The notes under the pieces are model-generated. The model made no database searches and was not told where the DNA came from. It saw only the letters and a list, made by a program, of their open reading frames with translations. DNA of 63,664 bases, filler included, from Octopus bimaculoides (Eukaryota): assembly GCF_001194135.2 (NCBI RefSeq). It is 4 parts of 4 records of this genome, joined end to end, with 100 filler letters (N's around TTAATTAATTAA, not from the genome) between each part and the next. Parts side by side here need not be neighbours in the genome. Positions count along the whole stretch, not along the records: positions 1 to 12,502 come from NC_068981.1; positions 12,603 to 17,114 come from NC_068988.1; 2 more parts are not named here. One strand, written 5' to 3'. The first letter of the stretch is position 1. Every line of letters begins with the position of its first letter. Shown here piece by piece: positions 1-13,887 of the stretch. The translations under genes were made by a program, and so were the position numbers.

Positions 1-28
1 TATATATATATATATATATACATATATA

Positions 29-178
29 CGACAGGCTTCTTTCAGTTTCCGTCTACCAAATCCACTCACAAGGCTTTGGTCGGCCCGAGGCTATAGTAGA
101 AGACGCTCGCCCAATGTGCTACGCAGTGAAAATGAGCCCGGAACCATGTGGCTGGTAAACAAGCTACGTACCACACAT
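29..178 (-). mobile_element. SINE family A, tRNA-like head half
   Basis: Reverse complement reads TGTGTGGTACGTAGCTTG...GGTTCCGGGCTCA...CTATAGCCTCGGGCCGACCAAAGCCTTGTGAGTGGATTTGGTAGACGGAAACTGAAAGAAGCC followed by (TA)n; the same sequence recurs at 17434-17585, 18430-18588 and 45143-45225. Confidence 0.85.
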
Positions 179-3100
179 GCATATATATATATGGGAGTAT
201 ATATTTAACTTTTAACCAGTAGAATGTACGATTAAAATGCGTTTACATACTTGTATTTCACTAAGAGACAGCTTATTTAAATTTAAAAGTCATTGAATTC
301 CTTCTGACTTGCACGAATTGAGTGTATGTTCGTTAATTATTGCCAAAGCGGCTAATATAAAAAGGCACATCTCTCTACACCAATGATAGTCTCGTTTACT
401 CTGTTGTTACGTACAAAATGAACAGGCATCATTAGCACAGCTGGTGGCTTCCTTATAGTATGAAGTATATGGGCATTTTATACATTTAAGACGAAGATTT
501 GAAACACATTTGTGATGTAGGTAAATGCATAAATGAAATGAAGTTAACTAAGAGGAAGTAATTCAGTTTGCCTTATGGCATATATTTAAACGAGAAAGAC
601 GAACTATTTTATATTTATATTAAGCACAATATAAGATAGATTCTTGACTATTGACATTATGTTTCAGGGATATCAGAATAATCGTTCCTTGGCAAACGGG
701 ACAAAATCTATAGGGAAAAAAGAGATAATCCATGGAAGAAAGCTTCCCAAACTCGCATTATTTTTGAGACTTGAATGTCAGTTTCGATAAGCTCTATTCT
801 AAAGATTATCCCCTCTTCTCATATATACGTTGGTACAACTACCAGGAGGCGACTCTCATAACATACTTGGAAGTAGAAATAAACTCAATACCTCAAGAGT
901 TTATCTTTCGTTCTATTAAATACAGTCCTTTTTGCCGTACAGCACATGTGAATAAGCGCTTTAAGTTAATTTTCCTTTTAGTTATACAAGATACTTGTGC
1001 TATAAAATTGCTCCACTCATTTTTGCGTTTTATTTTTTGCCCAGTCTTCTGGATATAATGTATTGCATGATGTGCTGATGTCACGTCTTAAAGCAGAGGC
1101 TCGTATTTTCAAGTGCGAATTTTATCTCCAGACAAGCAGATTGACTCTTCTTTAGTGTCAAGTCAGTTATGGAGAATTTTGTGAGTTTAAATTATCTCTC
1201 TTTCTCATTTGCCGTTAGACATAATTACTACCAAGCGATTTTCCCAGCATTCTGAGAATCGGTGATAATTTCAATGAATGAAGTATTCAACTCGTATGTT
1301 GTTCATTTGCCTTGTTCAAACGCCTTCCACTAGCATATTGTCGTAAAGTCGGAAGTGTTTGATTGTGCAACTATGCTTCTTATGCATGATTATGCATATA
1401 CGTCTATGAGTATGGTGGTGGTTTAGTGATTAATCATTCTTATTTTTTGATGTAATTTATTTTAATATGCAAAATACAGTAGTTGAAATGAACATATTCT
1501 TATATCTTGGACACGCTATATTGTACATCAGTTTCAACTGAGTTTTCCCAAATACAGTTTTATGTAAGTTATTTATTATTTGAGTGTTTAATATATTTGC
1601 TAACAATTTCATCACATCCACTCTTAATTCAATTATTGTAATAAATTAGAAAACATTTCCGCCATGAAACAAATTTTTTCTACAGAGATTATTATGTACT
1701 ATTGGCGCCGTAGGTTGACACTGATAATTTATCACCCTATATCATCCCTTATATGCCAGGTCTTACACATAAAGAGGAGGGAATATAGCTCACGTGAGTT
1801 TAAGGGATTTTTCGGCATCCAATAATATCTTACAAATTTTGAGCATTTTTCTTGTGTTCTTTTATTATACATCGTAAATTGTATTGTCTATTCATCAATA
1901 TTGCTGGAAGCTCAGAAAGGTGAAATTCGCGGTAATAATTTCTGTTGTGTTCTGCGTCCAATAATATAATATAATCACTCGAGTTTCTGGTTTAAGCATT
2001 CTCTTTTATATTTGTTTTTACTTTTACTTCCCCACAGGAGTGCACACACATATACGCAAATGTTATATATTAGTCATATCGATATATATATGAGGGAATT
2101 TAAGCATGTGTATATGCGTATGAAAATGCGAATTATATCTGCGTGCATATTTAGGCGTATACGTAACTACAGATGACTAGAATTCCTTACAAATATATGT
2201 TTATTTATCTACATCTCATTTTATAAATGTTCTGAAATCTGTGAATTAATGAATATGAGTATGTTTATATTTGCATACATATATAAGCATCTCTTGATTT
2301 AGAAACTCAATGACAAATGAGAAAAGTCAGTTTTAAGACTGATGATGTTAAGAGCCCTTAGAAAATCTAAGGCAATTTAATATCCTGTTGTTGAATGGCA
2401 TCAAATATGAAAAGCATTTCCTGTAATGAAGCATCGCCATGATTTCTCAAAGAATCAAATTGAAGAATATGTCCAAGAATGATGATGTCAAACTGACAAA
2501 ATCATAGTATCCAACCACTAATTACTATGGCGAATTTCCATTCACTATATATTTTTTTACTGCAGTTTTCACTGTTCCTGTGATTGTGCTGTTCGCAGAA
2601 TTTGACTTGAGGCAAGAAGGTGTGTCGTTTAGAACGCATTTTTCAAACCGCAAATTAAATTGTGCACAAATAGTTCAAATCGTTTGACAATACATTCAAA
2701 TTAGTTTGCGTTGTTCATGCAGTTTCGTATTGTGATTATTTTAGTTTAATGCAGTTTTAATTAACATTCCATTGGTTGAAATCGCTGAAAGTTATATAAT
2801 TTTCGCGATAAATTCACAAATCTGTTTTAGAGAAGATATCTTTAAAATGCGTAATGTATTAGGCACTTATGTACTGTACTTCTCGAAATCTTTCATATAA
2901 AAACTAGAATAATCGCCACGAAGTACAAACCTAATAACTCAAATTAACTTCCCTATTTATCTTGATAATTTCTCATGAGGTTACATCGTCAAGAAATTAT
3001 TCATATGCGCGAAAATATCTATAAATGTTTTAAAGTATATAACGATAAATTTGATATGGATATCTCATAAGGATAGCATTGGGTACGGTTTCAAGCAAGG

Positions 3101-6100
3101 AACTTGCCTAGCAATTCAATGATGAATACTTTAATATCACCATACGGATAGTAATCAACCTATCTCATCGTAAATTTTACTCAGAAAGTTATCAATAAAT
3201 TATATGAACACGTTATATATATTTTTTAATTAATATAACACCATCTATTTCTAGGACATATATTTTACCATTCGGGTGGCACTTATTATACCCAAAAGCA
3301 GATTTCATACAAGGGTTTTATTTATTTCCTACTATTATCTGAGTTACCGACACATCAAAAATATTTCTAAACTTGTAATGTCTCTGCATATTTTGAGATT
3401 TCTCTATATCTACAAATATATCCATATATCTCTGACAATTACACCCACCATCGTCTTCTGTATATGCAATAACATAAATTCACGAAAACATTTAAACAAA
3501 TTACTGACACCCGGAGAATCAGACTTTTGTGTGTGCAATGCGAGAAATAGAGTTATTATAGATTGGGCACATGGGAACAACGTTTAAAGATTGTTCATTG
3601 CGGAAGGATAAACGTAGAGAGTTGTCTAAATCAAATAGCAAAGATAAATCAACAGTAACAGAGTAATAACACAAACATATCAATAAGTGAGGAAACAAAA
3701 AATTAATGATCAACAGAATACACCTTCCAAAGCCTAGCAAACTCACATTGTTTAGTTCTGAACATGTCATTCAAATCCCCAAATTAAGAAGACAGGCCAA
3801 GTGCCGTGCCTCTGTAGGATTGCTGCATGTCTACAAACGCATAGTAACATTAGGCCCATTTAGTCAAACTAATCACAGTAATCACAGTGCATTACATTTT
3901 CTCTAGCATTAACTGCCACTACAAATAAAACGTGTAATTTAATGAGCTTGACACAAGAAAGCATAGTTCTCAAATGTTACAAGCTGATCCATAACAACTT
4001 TCTGTCGCTAAACTGACAACTCGGAAGAAAAGCTGAATATTCACAAGCGTTAGTTGAATCAGGCTGACATAGCCCAAATAACTAGCATCTCCAGCACTGC
4101 CTTCTGTGATGTATTTATCTCGAAAAAATAATCTAACCAATACTTTGGATATCTATGTATGTTAGAAATCCATTCATAAATTCGGTCTACAACATCCTTT
4201 GTAATAGACTACTTGGATGAAACAGACGAGCTCAGAATTGTTCTTAGACCAACGTCTCCCGCAACATTAGCTATAATATTATTCTGTTCAAGTGTTGGCG
4301 TTTCATATTAAAGTAACATATCTAGAGATAAGACACAAATATTAATGCTTATTGAAACGATTTATAACAAGCACACAATTGTATGGCATTGAATGACAAG
4401 GTCAACATACGCAGAAGGGTCAAGAATACTCGACTAGATAATTTTATGGAGAGAAATGAATGTCGGCTTTATCGAAAATATCACTAACAGACAATATGGT
4501 ATCTCTAAGCCAAATTTACCTCCTGTCTATGCACATTTGTTTTGAAGGATAATTTACAATTACATTTTTTTTTCACTAAAACCGAAATTTAGACACTATT
4601 CATGTAGTTGAAAATTGTTGGGGTTTTAGGGAAAAAATAACGTTCTAAACATAATGTTTAGTACTAAAATATAATCGAACGAAACAAAAATACAATTTCA
4701 GAGCTAATTATCAGAAATCCTGCTAACAGAACATCTAAAGGAAGAACCCATATCAATGCACAAATGGCTAACGAAAAAGTCAAACAGCAGCTATAAATAC
4801 AAATCATGAAGAGGATAGCAATTTTAAAGCAAAGGAAATAATACTAAAACACCCAAAATTGAAATATAAGACAAATTTGAAAGATGTAAGAAAATATTTT
4901 TTTGTTAGTGAGGGATATGCTGAAGGTAACAAAATATGTAAGTCTGAATTTGAAATATAAACATGATAATAGTCAAAATTTAAAACAATTGAAATAATGA
5001 AAGTGTTAAATTCAATACATCTTATTCTAAACATATGGCAGTAATTCTCGAAGGTAATGCTAATATCAACAATTGATAATGCAAACCTGGTCACTGCATA
5101 TATAGAAAGTGCATTGTCGAATATTAATATCGACAGGACAAATAAAATAATATATGCATCGACATAGTTTTCAGAACAGATAAGAATACTTCTACGGATT
5201 TTCTCTCTGTTGTTTGCAAGCACCAGCAAACAACATGAAAAAAGATATAGAATAAAAGATATAAAGTAAAAAGATATAAAGTAAAAGATATATCAGTCCT
5301 TAATGAAATCAATAACCATTGGATAAATGAATTAAAATAATGAGGCTGAGGAAGAAATGTCACATGAATATATAGAAAAACAGAAACAAAATGTAGTCAA
5401 ATCACGCCTGAAACAAAAGTCCCCGCTAAAACACAAAGAATGTATTGGTGTGAAAGTGACGACGTTTCTATGCACAAAACAGCCAATTTTTCTCCAGTGG
5501 AAAACGATTTTATCAAAAACTATATTTAGGTATGAACAAAATAAAAATCAATGCAATCCCAACCACAAGAGAAGTAGGCGTAGTCAGGGGCGGAAAAATG
5601 CTTAGGAATTGCCATAAATGATATTCTCAAACAATGAATACCACACCTGACAAAACACTGAAGATCATATAAACAATATGTATTATCATGTACCTACTAA
5701 AAGAAATTCATCTGGAAGAAAGTGGAATCGTTACAATTCCAAAATTCTGATTTAAATATTTAAAAGAACAATATGTTACAGTGAAACATGTTTAAGGAAA
5801 TACTGAATGATCTGGAATATATTCTGTGCTGGTTCAGAAATGGAAAAGCCATCTTTATCTCCAAGTTCAAAGAAACGTCAACCATGTTCTGCTTTTCTAC
5901 AGTTTAAGCATCCTTAAATTCAAGAAAATCACAAAGACCGAAACATCAACCAAAAAAGGTAACATGTATCTTGGGGAGTAGAATAGATGCTGTAACAGCT
6001 GATATGGTTGTAAAAACCGACTATGAAGAAAGCTATCAAAAAACCTATAGTAAAAAAAGGTTTCAATTTGTTGTCGATTCATTATCAGAATCCTCATATT

Positions 6101-7459
6101 AGTGTTTTTCATGCTAATATAATTAGCCATGAATAAGTTACAGCCACAATAAATCTTAACTTATAATAATTCTGCTTGTCGCTCTGTTACTTAGCCCGTC
6201 CGTAACGCTTCCAGATGATTAGTTGAAAGGGAGAAAGAAAATGAATGGGGGAAGGAGAGGAGGAATAGATGAAAGAGGAAGAATTGAGAGGTTAGGGGAA
6301 GCGGGGTGAGGTGAAAGGGGTAGGAGAGAAGGGTAGGGGAGGCGAGAGAGCGGGCTAGGATGTGTAGGGGAGGGAAAAACAGTGGTGAGTGAAATGTGCA
6401 TCTTTCTTTGGATTAAATAGTTTTTTTTCTTTCGTTACTTAGCCCGTCTGTAACGATTTCACATCTTTGGTGGAAGAGAAAAGCGAACAGCGAAAAATAG
6501 AGAGAGAGAAAGAGAGTAAGCGAAGAAACAATGAGAGAGAAAGACGGGGAGTGCAGTACATTAAATCTATAAAATTGTGCATAAGTATATAACGTGTATA
6601 TATGAAGTGCATTAATCAATCATCGTGTTCCAATTTCCTTCACTTTTTAATCATTAGCAAGTGAGCGACTATCTTTTGATACAAGCACATTAGGTCTTTT
6701 GGAAAAAAACTTCAAAAATAATCTCAAAAGTTTACCATTAATTCCGTGAACTATTCAAGGGTCCCGCTAGTAATAAATAAATGTCAAACAATGCGTTATA
6801 TTTCGTTTCTGAATAATAAAAAAAAATAGTTAATTATAAAGATATTACCTCATACCGTCAGGAGCCCTTCTTACTGTGAGTTTTTAGATGCTGAAAATTT
6901 TCTCTAGTATGTTAAGTCCTATCCCATATGAATACAAATTATAATAAAGAATTAAATACATGTACGACATCAAGAAATATACTGTAAACAATTAAAAAAG
7001 ACGTGAAACAATCTACAAACTAGATATGTATGAGAGAAATGAATAAGACGCAGAGTAGCAAAACCTTTGGGTAAACATGAAAAGAATAAGATTCATATAT
7101 ATTAACATAGTGTCACATAAGAAAAAATTAAAGTGCAAGTAAAAGCAAGCTTGGGAAGATTAGAGATCAATGAACAAGACAAAATAAAATGTAAACAAGT
7201 GAATGAAAAGTTCAAGAGGGGAGAGTATAGACACATAATTTTAATAATTAAAGTAAAATTAAGTTTAAAAATAATAATATAATAAACAATAGTTTAGTTA
7301 ATTCAGTATTAGTCTAGAGTGTTGGTACCGAAAGTAGAAAATTAATTATTTAGACAGATGTCTAGCGTGTTCCAAGCAGCAACTTAAACAATGCTACACC
7401 TCAGTATTATGTATATACAAAGACTAGTGTCAGTTAGTATACATTTTGTTTAAACATAT

Positions 7460-7640
7460 TTAAACATTATTGTTATTGATCGTCTTGAAACTATCAGATG
7501 CCTGGCAAACATCCAAATCAATCTCCAGAATATCGTTGCTCATATCCTCCGTTGTATTCATAGAACATCAGATAGGTCGCCCACCTACAACGTTTTATCT
7601 AATCCATGGATCGCCTTTGGTCTATGTAAAGGTTTGACAA
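7460..7640 (-). mobile_element. Highly decayed LINE reverse-transcriptase fragment (CR1/L2-like)
   Basis: Frameshifted mosaic HGLDK/RCRWATYLMFYEY/TTEDMSNDILEIDLDVCQASDSF resembles the HGF..GRS..T.L..FYE....D.IYLD..KAFD segment of LINE RTs; weak. Confidence 0.3.
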
Positions 7641-8334
7641 AATTTGTACTGAGGTGTTATTCAATAACTATTAAAATTTGAATTTGCATATAATCTCGAA
7701 GCAAATTTATATATTTCTGTATGTGGAAAATCCATTGAGGAATTACTGCTGATGACATAGTATCGCCCCGGGTCCATGGACCCCGAAGAAACTGAATGAC
7801 AAGACATCGCAGAACGGTTACTCTCAATAAATAGTCAATTTCATCTACGGTGCGATTTGTTTGAAAAAAAAGTAAATAAGTTTGAAAATAGAAATGAACG
7901 CTGAATCAGCATTCCGACTGAATTAGACAGAAATATAAGGAAATAGTGCAAGTGTAAGCTACATATGTCATGAAAAAACTTTCTTTTTATGTACATCCAT
8001 GTGAGATTGGCCGTCTTCTGTTTTAGATTCTCTTTCACAGTTCCCTTTCATAAGTAGAGTGTGAGTGTAGAAGAAATGAAGAAATTCATCAGGGCGATGC
8101 TTCCCCCAGCACATGGTTGTTAACATGGTGTTTAATCTGAAGTTATGTAAATGGAGTGTCACATACTTCAACTGTTTTTAAATATTTCTCACTACAACGT
8201 AGTCAAAATGAGATGAGCATAAGATTTAATGACTTGCATCCCTAAACTGGATTTTAATCTGTTTTTCTTGTCTGGAATAACAAATATTTTTTCGTTATTA
8301 TCTAGTTTTGTAATTTCATTATAAGCACACTAGA

Positions 8335-8572
8335 AGGCGGTGTGGTGACAGAATCGTTAATATGGCAGGAAAATTACTTAGCGGCAGTTCGTCTGTCTTT
8401 ATGTTCTAAGTTCAAATACCATCGAGATCGACTTTGCTTTTATCATTTCGGAGTCGATGAAATATGTACTTCTTGCGAAGTGGGGGGTGATATAATCGAC
8501 TAGACCCCTCCCTGCAAATTTTGAACCTGCACCTTTAGTAGAAAAGATGATTAGCAGACTAGTCAACATATC
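8335..8572 (+). mobile_element. SINE family B, near full length, tail type i
   Basis: GGCGGTGTGGTGACAGAATCGTTA (A-box-like) ... AAGTTCAAATACC (B-box-like) ... GATCGACTTTGCTTTTATC ... TTTAGTAGAAAAGA; homologous to copies at 14130, 17738, 42143, 57510 and 62222. Confidence 0.8.
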
Positions 8573-9714
8573 AGTAGTATTCTCCAACTCATTTCGCTTC
8601 CAAAAAATTTCGATTTTAAAATTCTATTGTGTGCCCGCAGTGGCGCTTCAGTAAATTGAGCATAAATCTCTCTAATTTATATTTGTTAACCACAATTTGA
8701 AATAAAATTCAAATGGTCTTTGATGTTTACATAGATACATTATTTGTATCATTCAATGAAGCATAAATAAAACTCTTAGTTGTTTGTTGTTGTTTATATC
8801 TACTTTCCTTTGTCATTTTGGTAATTCTTCATACAAATAGTAATGGATTTGAACTAAGCACCCAAGAGAATGCAGCAGAGTACTGCAAAAGCATCGGCCG
8901 TTCCTCTGTCATTTATACTACACAATGTAATAGATATTTTAAAACATCCAATTAAACGGCGTGGTTATTGATAGAATATAGGTTTTATTTGCACGTTATT
9001 TTTTCCATTAAGCATTAAATAAAATATTCTGACGAAGTGTTAGAAATGTATGAAATTCAAGTCTGCAATCTCCTGTCAACTGTGAAAATGTGGTCTGTGA
9101 GAAAAGGGGAGTGAATGAATGAGTGACTCAGAGACTGAGTGAGTAAGTGAATGAGTGAGTGTGAAGCAGAGCCTGAGAATGAGGAAAGTTGAGAGAGAAA
9201 GAGATGAAGAGTGAGAGGTAAGTGAAACAGAGAGAGAAAGGACGGGAGAGTATGATGAGAAACGATTACAGCATAACAAATAAACAATTTTTTTTTTTGT
9301 TTTGTTTAGGATTAAACATTTGCTGCTATTCACATCTGAATGTGTCAGTTTGTGTCATTCAAATATTTTAACGATATATGTAGATGAATGAACAATCTAC
9401 AAAAGTGATTTTGTATATGGCAGCCATAAGACAGAAATAATACGAATGCGGTGAAAAATATCACATAGGAAATGTCATAATATTATGAAAAAGACGAAGT
9501 AAATAGTTGACAGGAAATGTTGGGAACATTTCGATGTGTATTTTGCTTCAATCGTTTCTTGCCAAATAAGATTTATCATTATCGTAAGCATCATCATCGT
9601 CATCGCCAACGATACAACCATCAAGAACAGCGGTAACAGCAGCACGTCTTCTATCATCATCATCACCAATAATGCCATCAGCGAATCCAACACTATCAAC
9701 GTCAGAATAATGTT

Positions 9715-9774
<60 letters not shown>

Positions 9775-10199
9775 CAACTATAATAAATATTTGCTTTTTT
9801 AGCCACTGAGAATATTTATATACATCAAACGTACATACAAAACTTGAAACCTTCAAATGAGGTTAACAATGATTGTGGGTTTGGACAAACATGTTACTTA
9901 TAATTGAGATGAGGTGTGAAAATCTTATAAAATAAATGTTGCGGCAAACTTTTGTGAAAGACATACAAATAAATAGATATATTACTTAGAGTATGTTAAA
10001 AGACAAAATATGTAAACAAGATTTAATGCAAGAGAAGTCAAACCGGTGACTAATTGTGGGAATTCGCCTCATTCGTTGATAAGGTAATCAAACAGTTTTG
10101 ATTACATTTGTTCTCCAGATTACTGATTACACAACCACCATAACTTCTCAATATGTATTTACGATTAGTGATTCTATAATTTTCACTTATGATTTTTTT

Positions 10200-11700
10200 T
10201 AAAGTAGCAAATCTTGTTTCTTTTAACCACAGTCTCTTCTAACTGATGAGTATATTGTCAGGAAGAAAGCCTTTCAAAATTATCAATCATCAACGCTTTA
10301 TTGGTTATGCAGTTGTCTGTGAATTTCATGTCTGTCGAGGAGCAAGTGATCCATCTTCCCCTGTGAGAGACGTTTGCTCTCGATTGAGGTTTTTCACTAT
10401 ACTGGAAGTAGATTTCTCTTCAGATGAAGTAAATGTTGCGCAGGAGTTGGGCTTCACGCATTCTGATTATTTTTTGAATATTTTTTCTGAGAATCTTGCG
10501 TTTTTTTCTTCGAAAAGCTTGCTAATCTACCTCATTTGCTACCTGATCCTCGTGAGGGTTTCTTTTATATAATTCCATTTATGATGTATATTTGTTACAG
10601 TGCTTCTCATCACTCTTTCCTTTCCTCTTTATTATTACTGGTAAAGGGAAATTCTTGGCGTCCTCGGTGGCTTCTTAAATGAGAAGCTAAGAGCTGTACC
10701 TCTTTCCACCACCAGAGTTGCACCTAGTACTGTCTCAAGGGAACAACCATTGGTAACTTTTGTTGTTTTCCTCCTCTTAATCTTACTGTGCGGAAATTAA
10801 AATTAATTTTACTTCCACTGATTACCAACTGGCGTTTCTGTTTTTGATAATCACTCATAGGTTTTTCCTCAGCAGCCACGCGGTGAAATGAAGGTATATA
10901 TGCCCATGTGGTTCGTAAGAATTTAACATAAGGAAGCATTGAGTTACGAAGTTGATTAAAGTCCATATATCAACTTTGTCACTGATGTGCTCTATCATGA
11001 ACTTCGCGTTCCTCCATCTATTCTTGTATGAAATAGGCCAGTGTCAATATATTCAACCTTGTTTTTCATCCCGCTTTCAGTTTTCAACATAACCTCTATC
11101 ACTCCATATACTCTACCACCCCAAATATAAGAGGTGCCGTTTCAAATGTACCAGCAGTGATATTATCTTCAGCATGAGATGTATCATGCCTACTTTCAAT
11201 GTTTCTCTCCGAACCATAACAGGTAAATGACACACCTTTCTTTCTTGTTCAACAATAGTCTATCTTTCTATTCCCATTTCGAAAATTATTTGAAATTTCG
11301 GAAACATTCTGACTGATGCGCGAATCTTCCAAAGTTCTGGAAATGCTTTAACTCCTTTTTTCTAACGATACCAACAGCTTCGAAATGATAATTCTGGCCA
11401 CTTTAGCTCAAGTTCTTCGTAAAACTATCGATTGAGTTTATGTGTGGACGGATACCGTTTTGGTTCTAGATAGAATGGCATATCATTTTCTCCCTATATA
11501 TCACAAAAGTACACCAATATCCAATATACTTATAACATTACCTTAACGTTGTTGACTTTATCAGAACTTCTATATTCTTATTAAATATAACTCCAGACTA
11601 TCCCAGCCGATCACAATTCATCTGCTTTTTCTACTTTGTTAAACAAGTCGAAAACCTTTTCCTCTTCTTTTCTTGAACTTATCATCTTATTTTCTAAATG
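10200..11700 (-). mobile_element. Degenerate Ty3/gypsy-like gag-protease remnant
   Basis: Ordered mosaic over several frames: EEKVFDLFNKV (~11660), LL*YIGRK*YAIL, KNLS*SGQNY, CWYR*KKGVKAFPEL, KKGVSFTCYG (~11220, knuckle-like start) and KVEYIDTG (11048-11037, aspartic-protease D-T-G). Many stops and frameshifts; no LTR pair found. Confidence 0.45.
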
Positions 11701-12602
11701 TGTTTTACTTACAATAATTATTATTGTAAAGTTGAGGGAATACTTTTATGCTACTGGTGCGGAGCAAGAGTGGTCACAAAATCTTAGTTATATTTAATTT
11801 TATTTTCTATTACAAAGTACAACTATTACGAAGAAATATATTGTTAGAGTCCTAATTACAGGCACATGTTCCATCACATTCCACACAAGGAACTGACCAC
11901 ATACGGACCTTGAAAAGTAAATTAAAATCTCCCTCGCACTAAGCAGTTAGGCGGAGGGACAATGCTTGTTTAAATGTGCCCATACGTTGTCCATAAGATG
12001 AAATAATTAATGTCGCGTTTTCTCGTGCTTGAAAGGATACTAACAAATGATTGTATTCGAAAATTGTCTCTTTTCACAACTTATGTGTGTTGCCAGTATA
12101 ACACAGCCCAGCAGGTATTTTGTTGTCAAGGCGTGTTTACCTGATTTTGAAAGTTTTTAGATAGGCTGAATCGAAAGATTTAATCAACTTTTATCATCAC
12201 GTCGAGATTTCAAGAAATATGAACCCAATTAGTGGGTGATATGCGTGAACTTTAAGATGGGCGATTTTATTTTAGGACAACAAAATCCATACACCAAATA
12301 TCAATGTACGTGGGACAGGAAAACACAGTGGGTAATCAAAAACTTTGGTTAAAAGTATACGAGTTATTCATCGTTAGATATAATTTACACTATACTTTTC
12401 ACACATACATAAACATGCGTATGTATATATAAGTTGACGCATACATACACACACACATCCGCACACACAGATATATACATCTCTCTCTCTCTCTCTCTCT
12501 CTNNNNNNNNNNNNNNNNNNNNNNNNNNNNNNNNNNNNNNNNNNNNTTAATTAATTAANNNNNNNNNNNNNNNNNNNNNNNNNNNNNNNNNNNNNNNNNN
12601 NN

Positions 12603-13798
12603 AAAAGCTTGTTTATCTTTATGTTATTTCATTTATTATTAGTGTTGCTTAATATGTTTTACTAAAATTGCTGTTTCTTTTCAGATATCATCAGAAAAAG
12701 CTAATTAAAATTCATTAAAATGACAGATCTATCGGACTTTCAAAGAGGTCAAATTGTTGGTGCTCGTATGGCAGGCACTAACGTAATGAAAACAGCCAAA
12801 ATGTTTGGTGTAACAAGAAGTACTGTCTCGAAAGTAATGACAGCCTTTGAGAAAGAGGGAAAAACCTCCTCGTCGAAACAAAACTCCGGAAGAAACCCAA
12901 AACTTTCAGATAGTGACCATTGGACTCTTGGGCGAATTGTTAGAAACAATCACAAAAATACAGCTCCCAAAATTACTGCAGAGCTTAATGACCACCTCGA
13001 GAACCTAGTTTCCACAAAAACTGTTTGCTGGGAGCTGCACAAAGCTGGATTTCATGGGAGGGCTGCAATCAGAAAACCACTACTTTCAAAAAAAAAACAT
13101 TGCAAAGCGTTTAGAGTGGAGTAAAAACCTACTCTCTAGAGCAGTGGAAGAATGTTATTTTCTCAGGCGAGTCATCCTTTATCCTATTTCCAACCACCGG
13201 CTGAGTATACCTGTGGAGACAGCCGGAAGAAGCATTTGACCCAAACTGCCTTCTTCCAACTATTAAATATGGAGGAGGATCTGTGATGAACTGGGGAGTT
13301 ATATCTTGGAAATCCACCAGCCCTATGGTTTCTCTTCATGGTAGAATTAATAGTCAAGACTACTTAAGCAATTTATCTGATCAAATTCATCCTATGGTTG
13401 CGGAACAGTTTGCAGAGGGAAATGCAATCTTTCAGGATGATAATGTACCAATTCACACAACTAAATTTGTTACTGAATAGCACGAGGAACATTCTAGTGA
13501 AGTTGAACATCTTATCTGGCCACCACAGTCCCCATTTCTCAATATTATTGAACATTTATGGTGCATTTTAGAAAAACAAGTATGGAGTTGATATCCTCCT
13601 CCATCATCACTACAAGAACTGGAGACTGTTTTAGCTGAAGAATGGACAAAAATTCCTTTGGAAACAATTCAAACTTTGTACGAGTCCATACCTCATAGAA
13701 TTGAGGGTGAAATTACTGCCAAAGCCGGTCCTACCCCATATTAAAATTAATTTGTCTGAAATTTTAAGGTGTTTCCATTATTTTGTCTAACCTCTGTA
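12603..13798 (+). mobile_element. Tc1-like DNA transposon, defective, DD36E spacing; left end in gap
   Basis: ATG at 12720 gives MTDLSDFQRGQIVGAR (paired-like HTH) ... GRNPKLS ... RKPLLSKK. After frameshifts: WKNVIFSGESSF, IKYGGGSVMNWG, FQDDNVPIH, WPPQSPFLNIIEHLW, ending GPTPY* at 13744. Right TIR GGTGTTTCCATTATTTTGTCTAACCTCTG (13768-13796) is followed by TA. In-frame stops at 13202, 13478 and ~13588. Confidence 0.95.
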
Positions 13799-13831
13799 TA
13801 TATATATATATATATTTNNNNNNNNNNNNNN

Positions 13832-13874
<43 letters not shown>

Positions 13875-13887
13875 ATGTATATGGTTG

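Noticed and set aside
2617-2628. Possible micro-exons (gttcgcag|AATTTGACTTGAGGCAAGAAG|gtgtgt near here; TGG|GTAAGT donor near 48725)
   Set aside because: Such short splice-like matches are expected by chance in 60 kb; no identifiable product.
4100-4540. Minus-strand stretch YETPTLEQNNIIANVAGDVGL..DVVDRIYEWI resembling DEG/ENaC TM2
   Set aside because: Spacing before and after does not fit, there are in-frame stops, and the plus strand has an equally weak LINE-RT resemblance; likely chance or decayed repeat.
4804-6130. Hydrophobic minus-strand ORFs (also 27366-28153) suggesting chemoreceptor or GPCR pseudogenes
   Set aside because: T-rich DNA translates to F/L/I/Y-rich peptides by composition; no diagnostic receptor motif found.
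12547-12558. TTAATTAATTAA embedded in Ns (also 17159-17170 and 36646-36657)
   Set aside because: Each is exactly 44 N + 12 nt + 44 N = 100 bp with stops in all six frames: an assembly linker, not biology.
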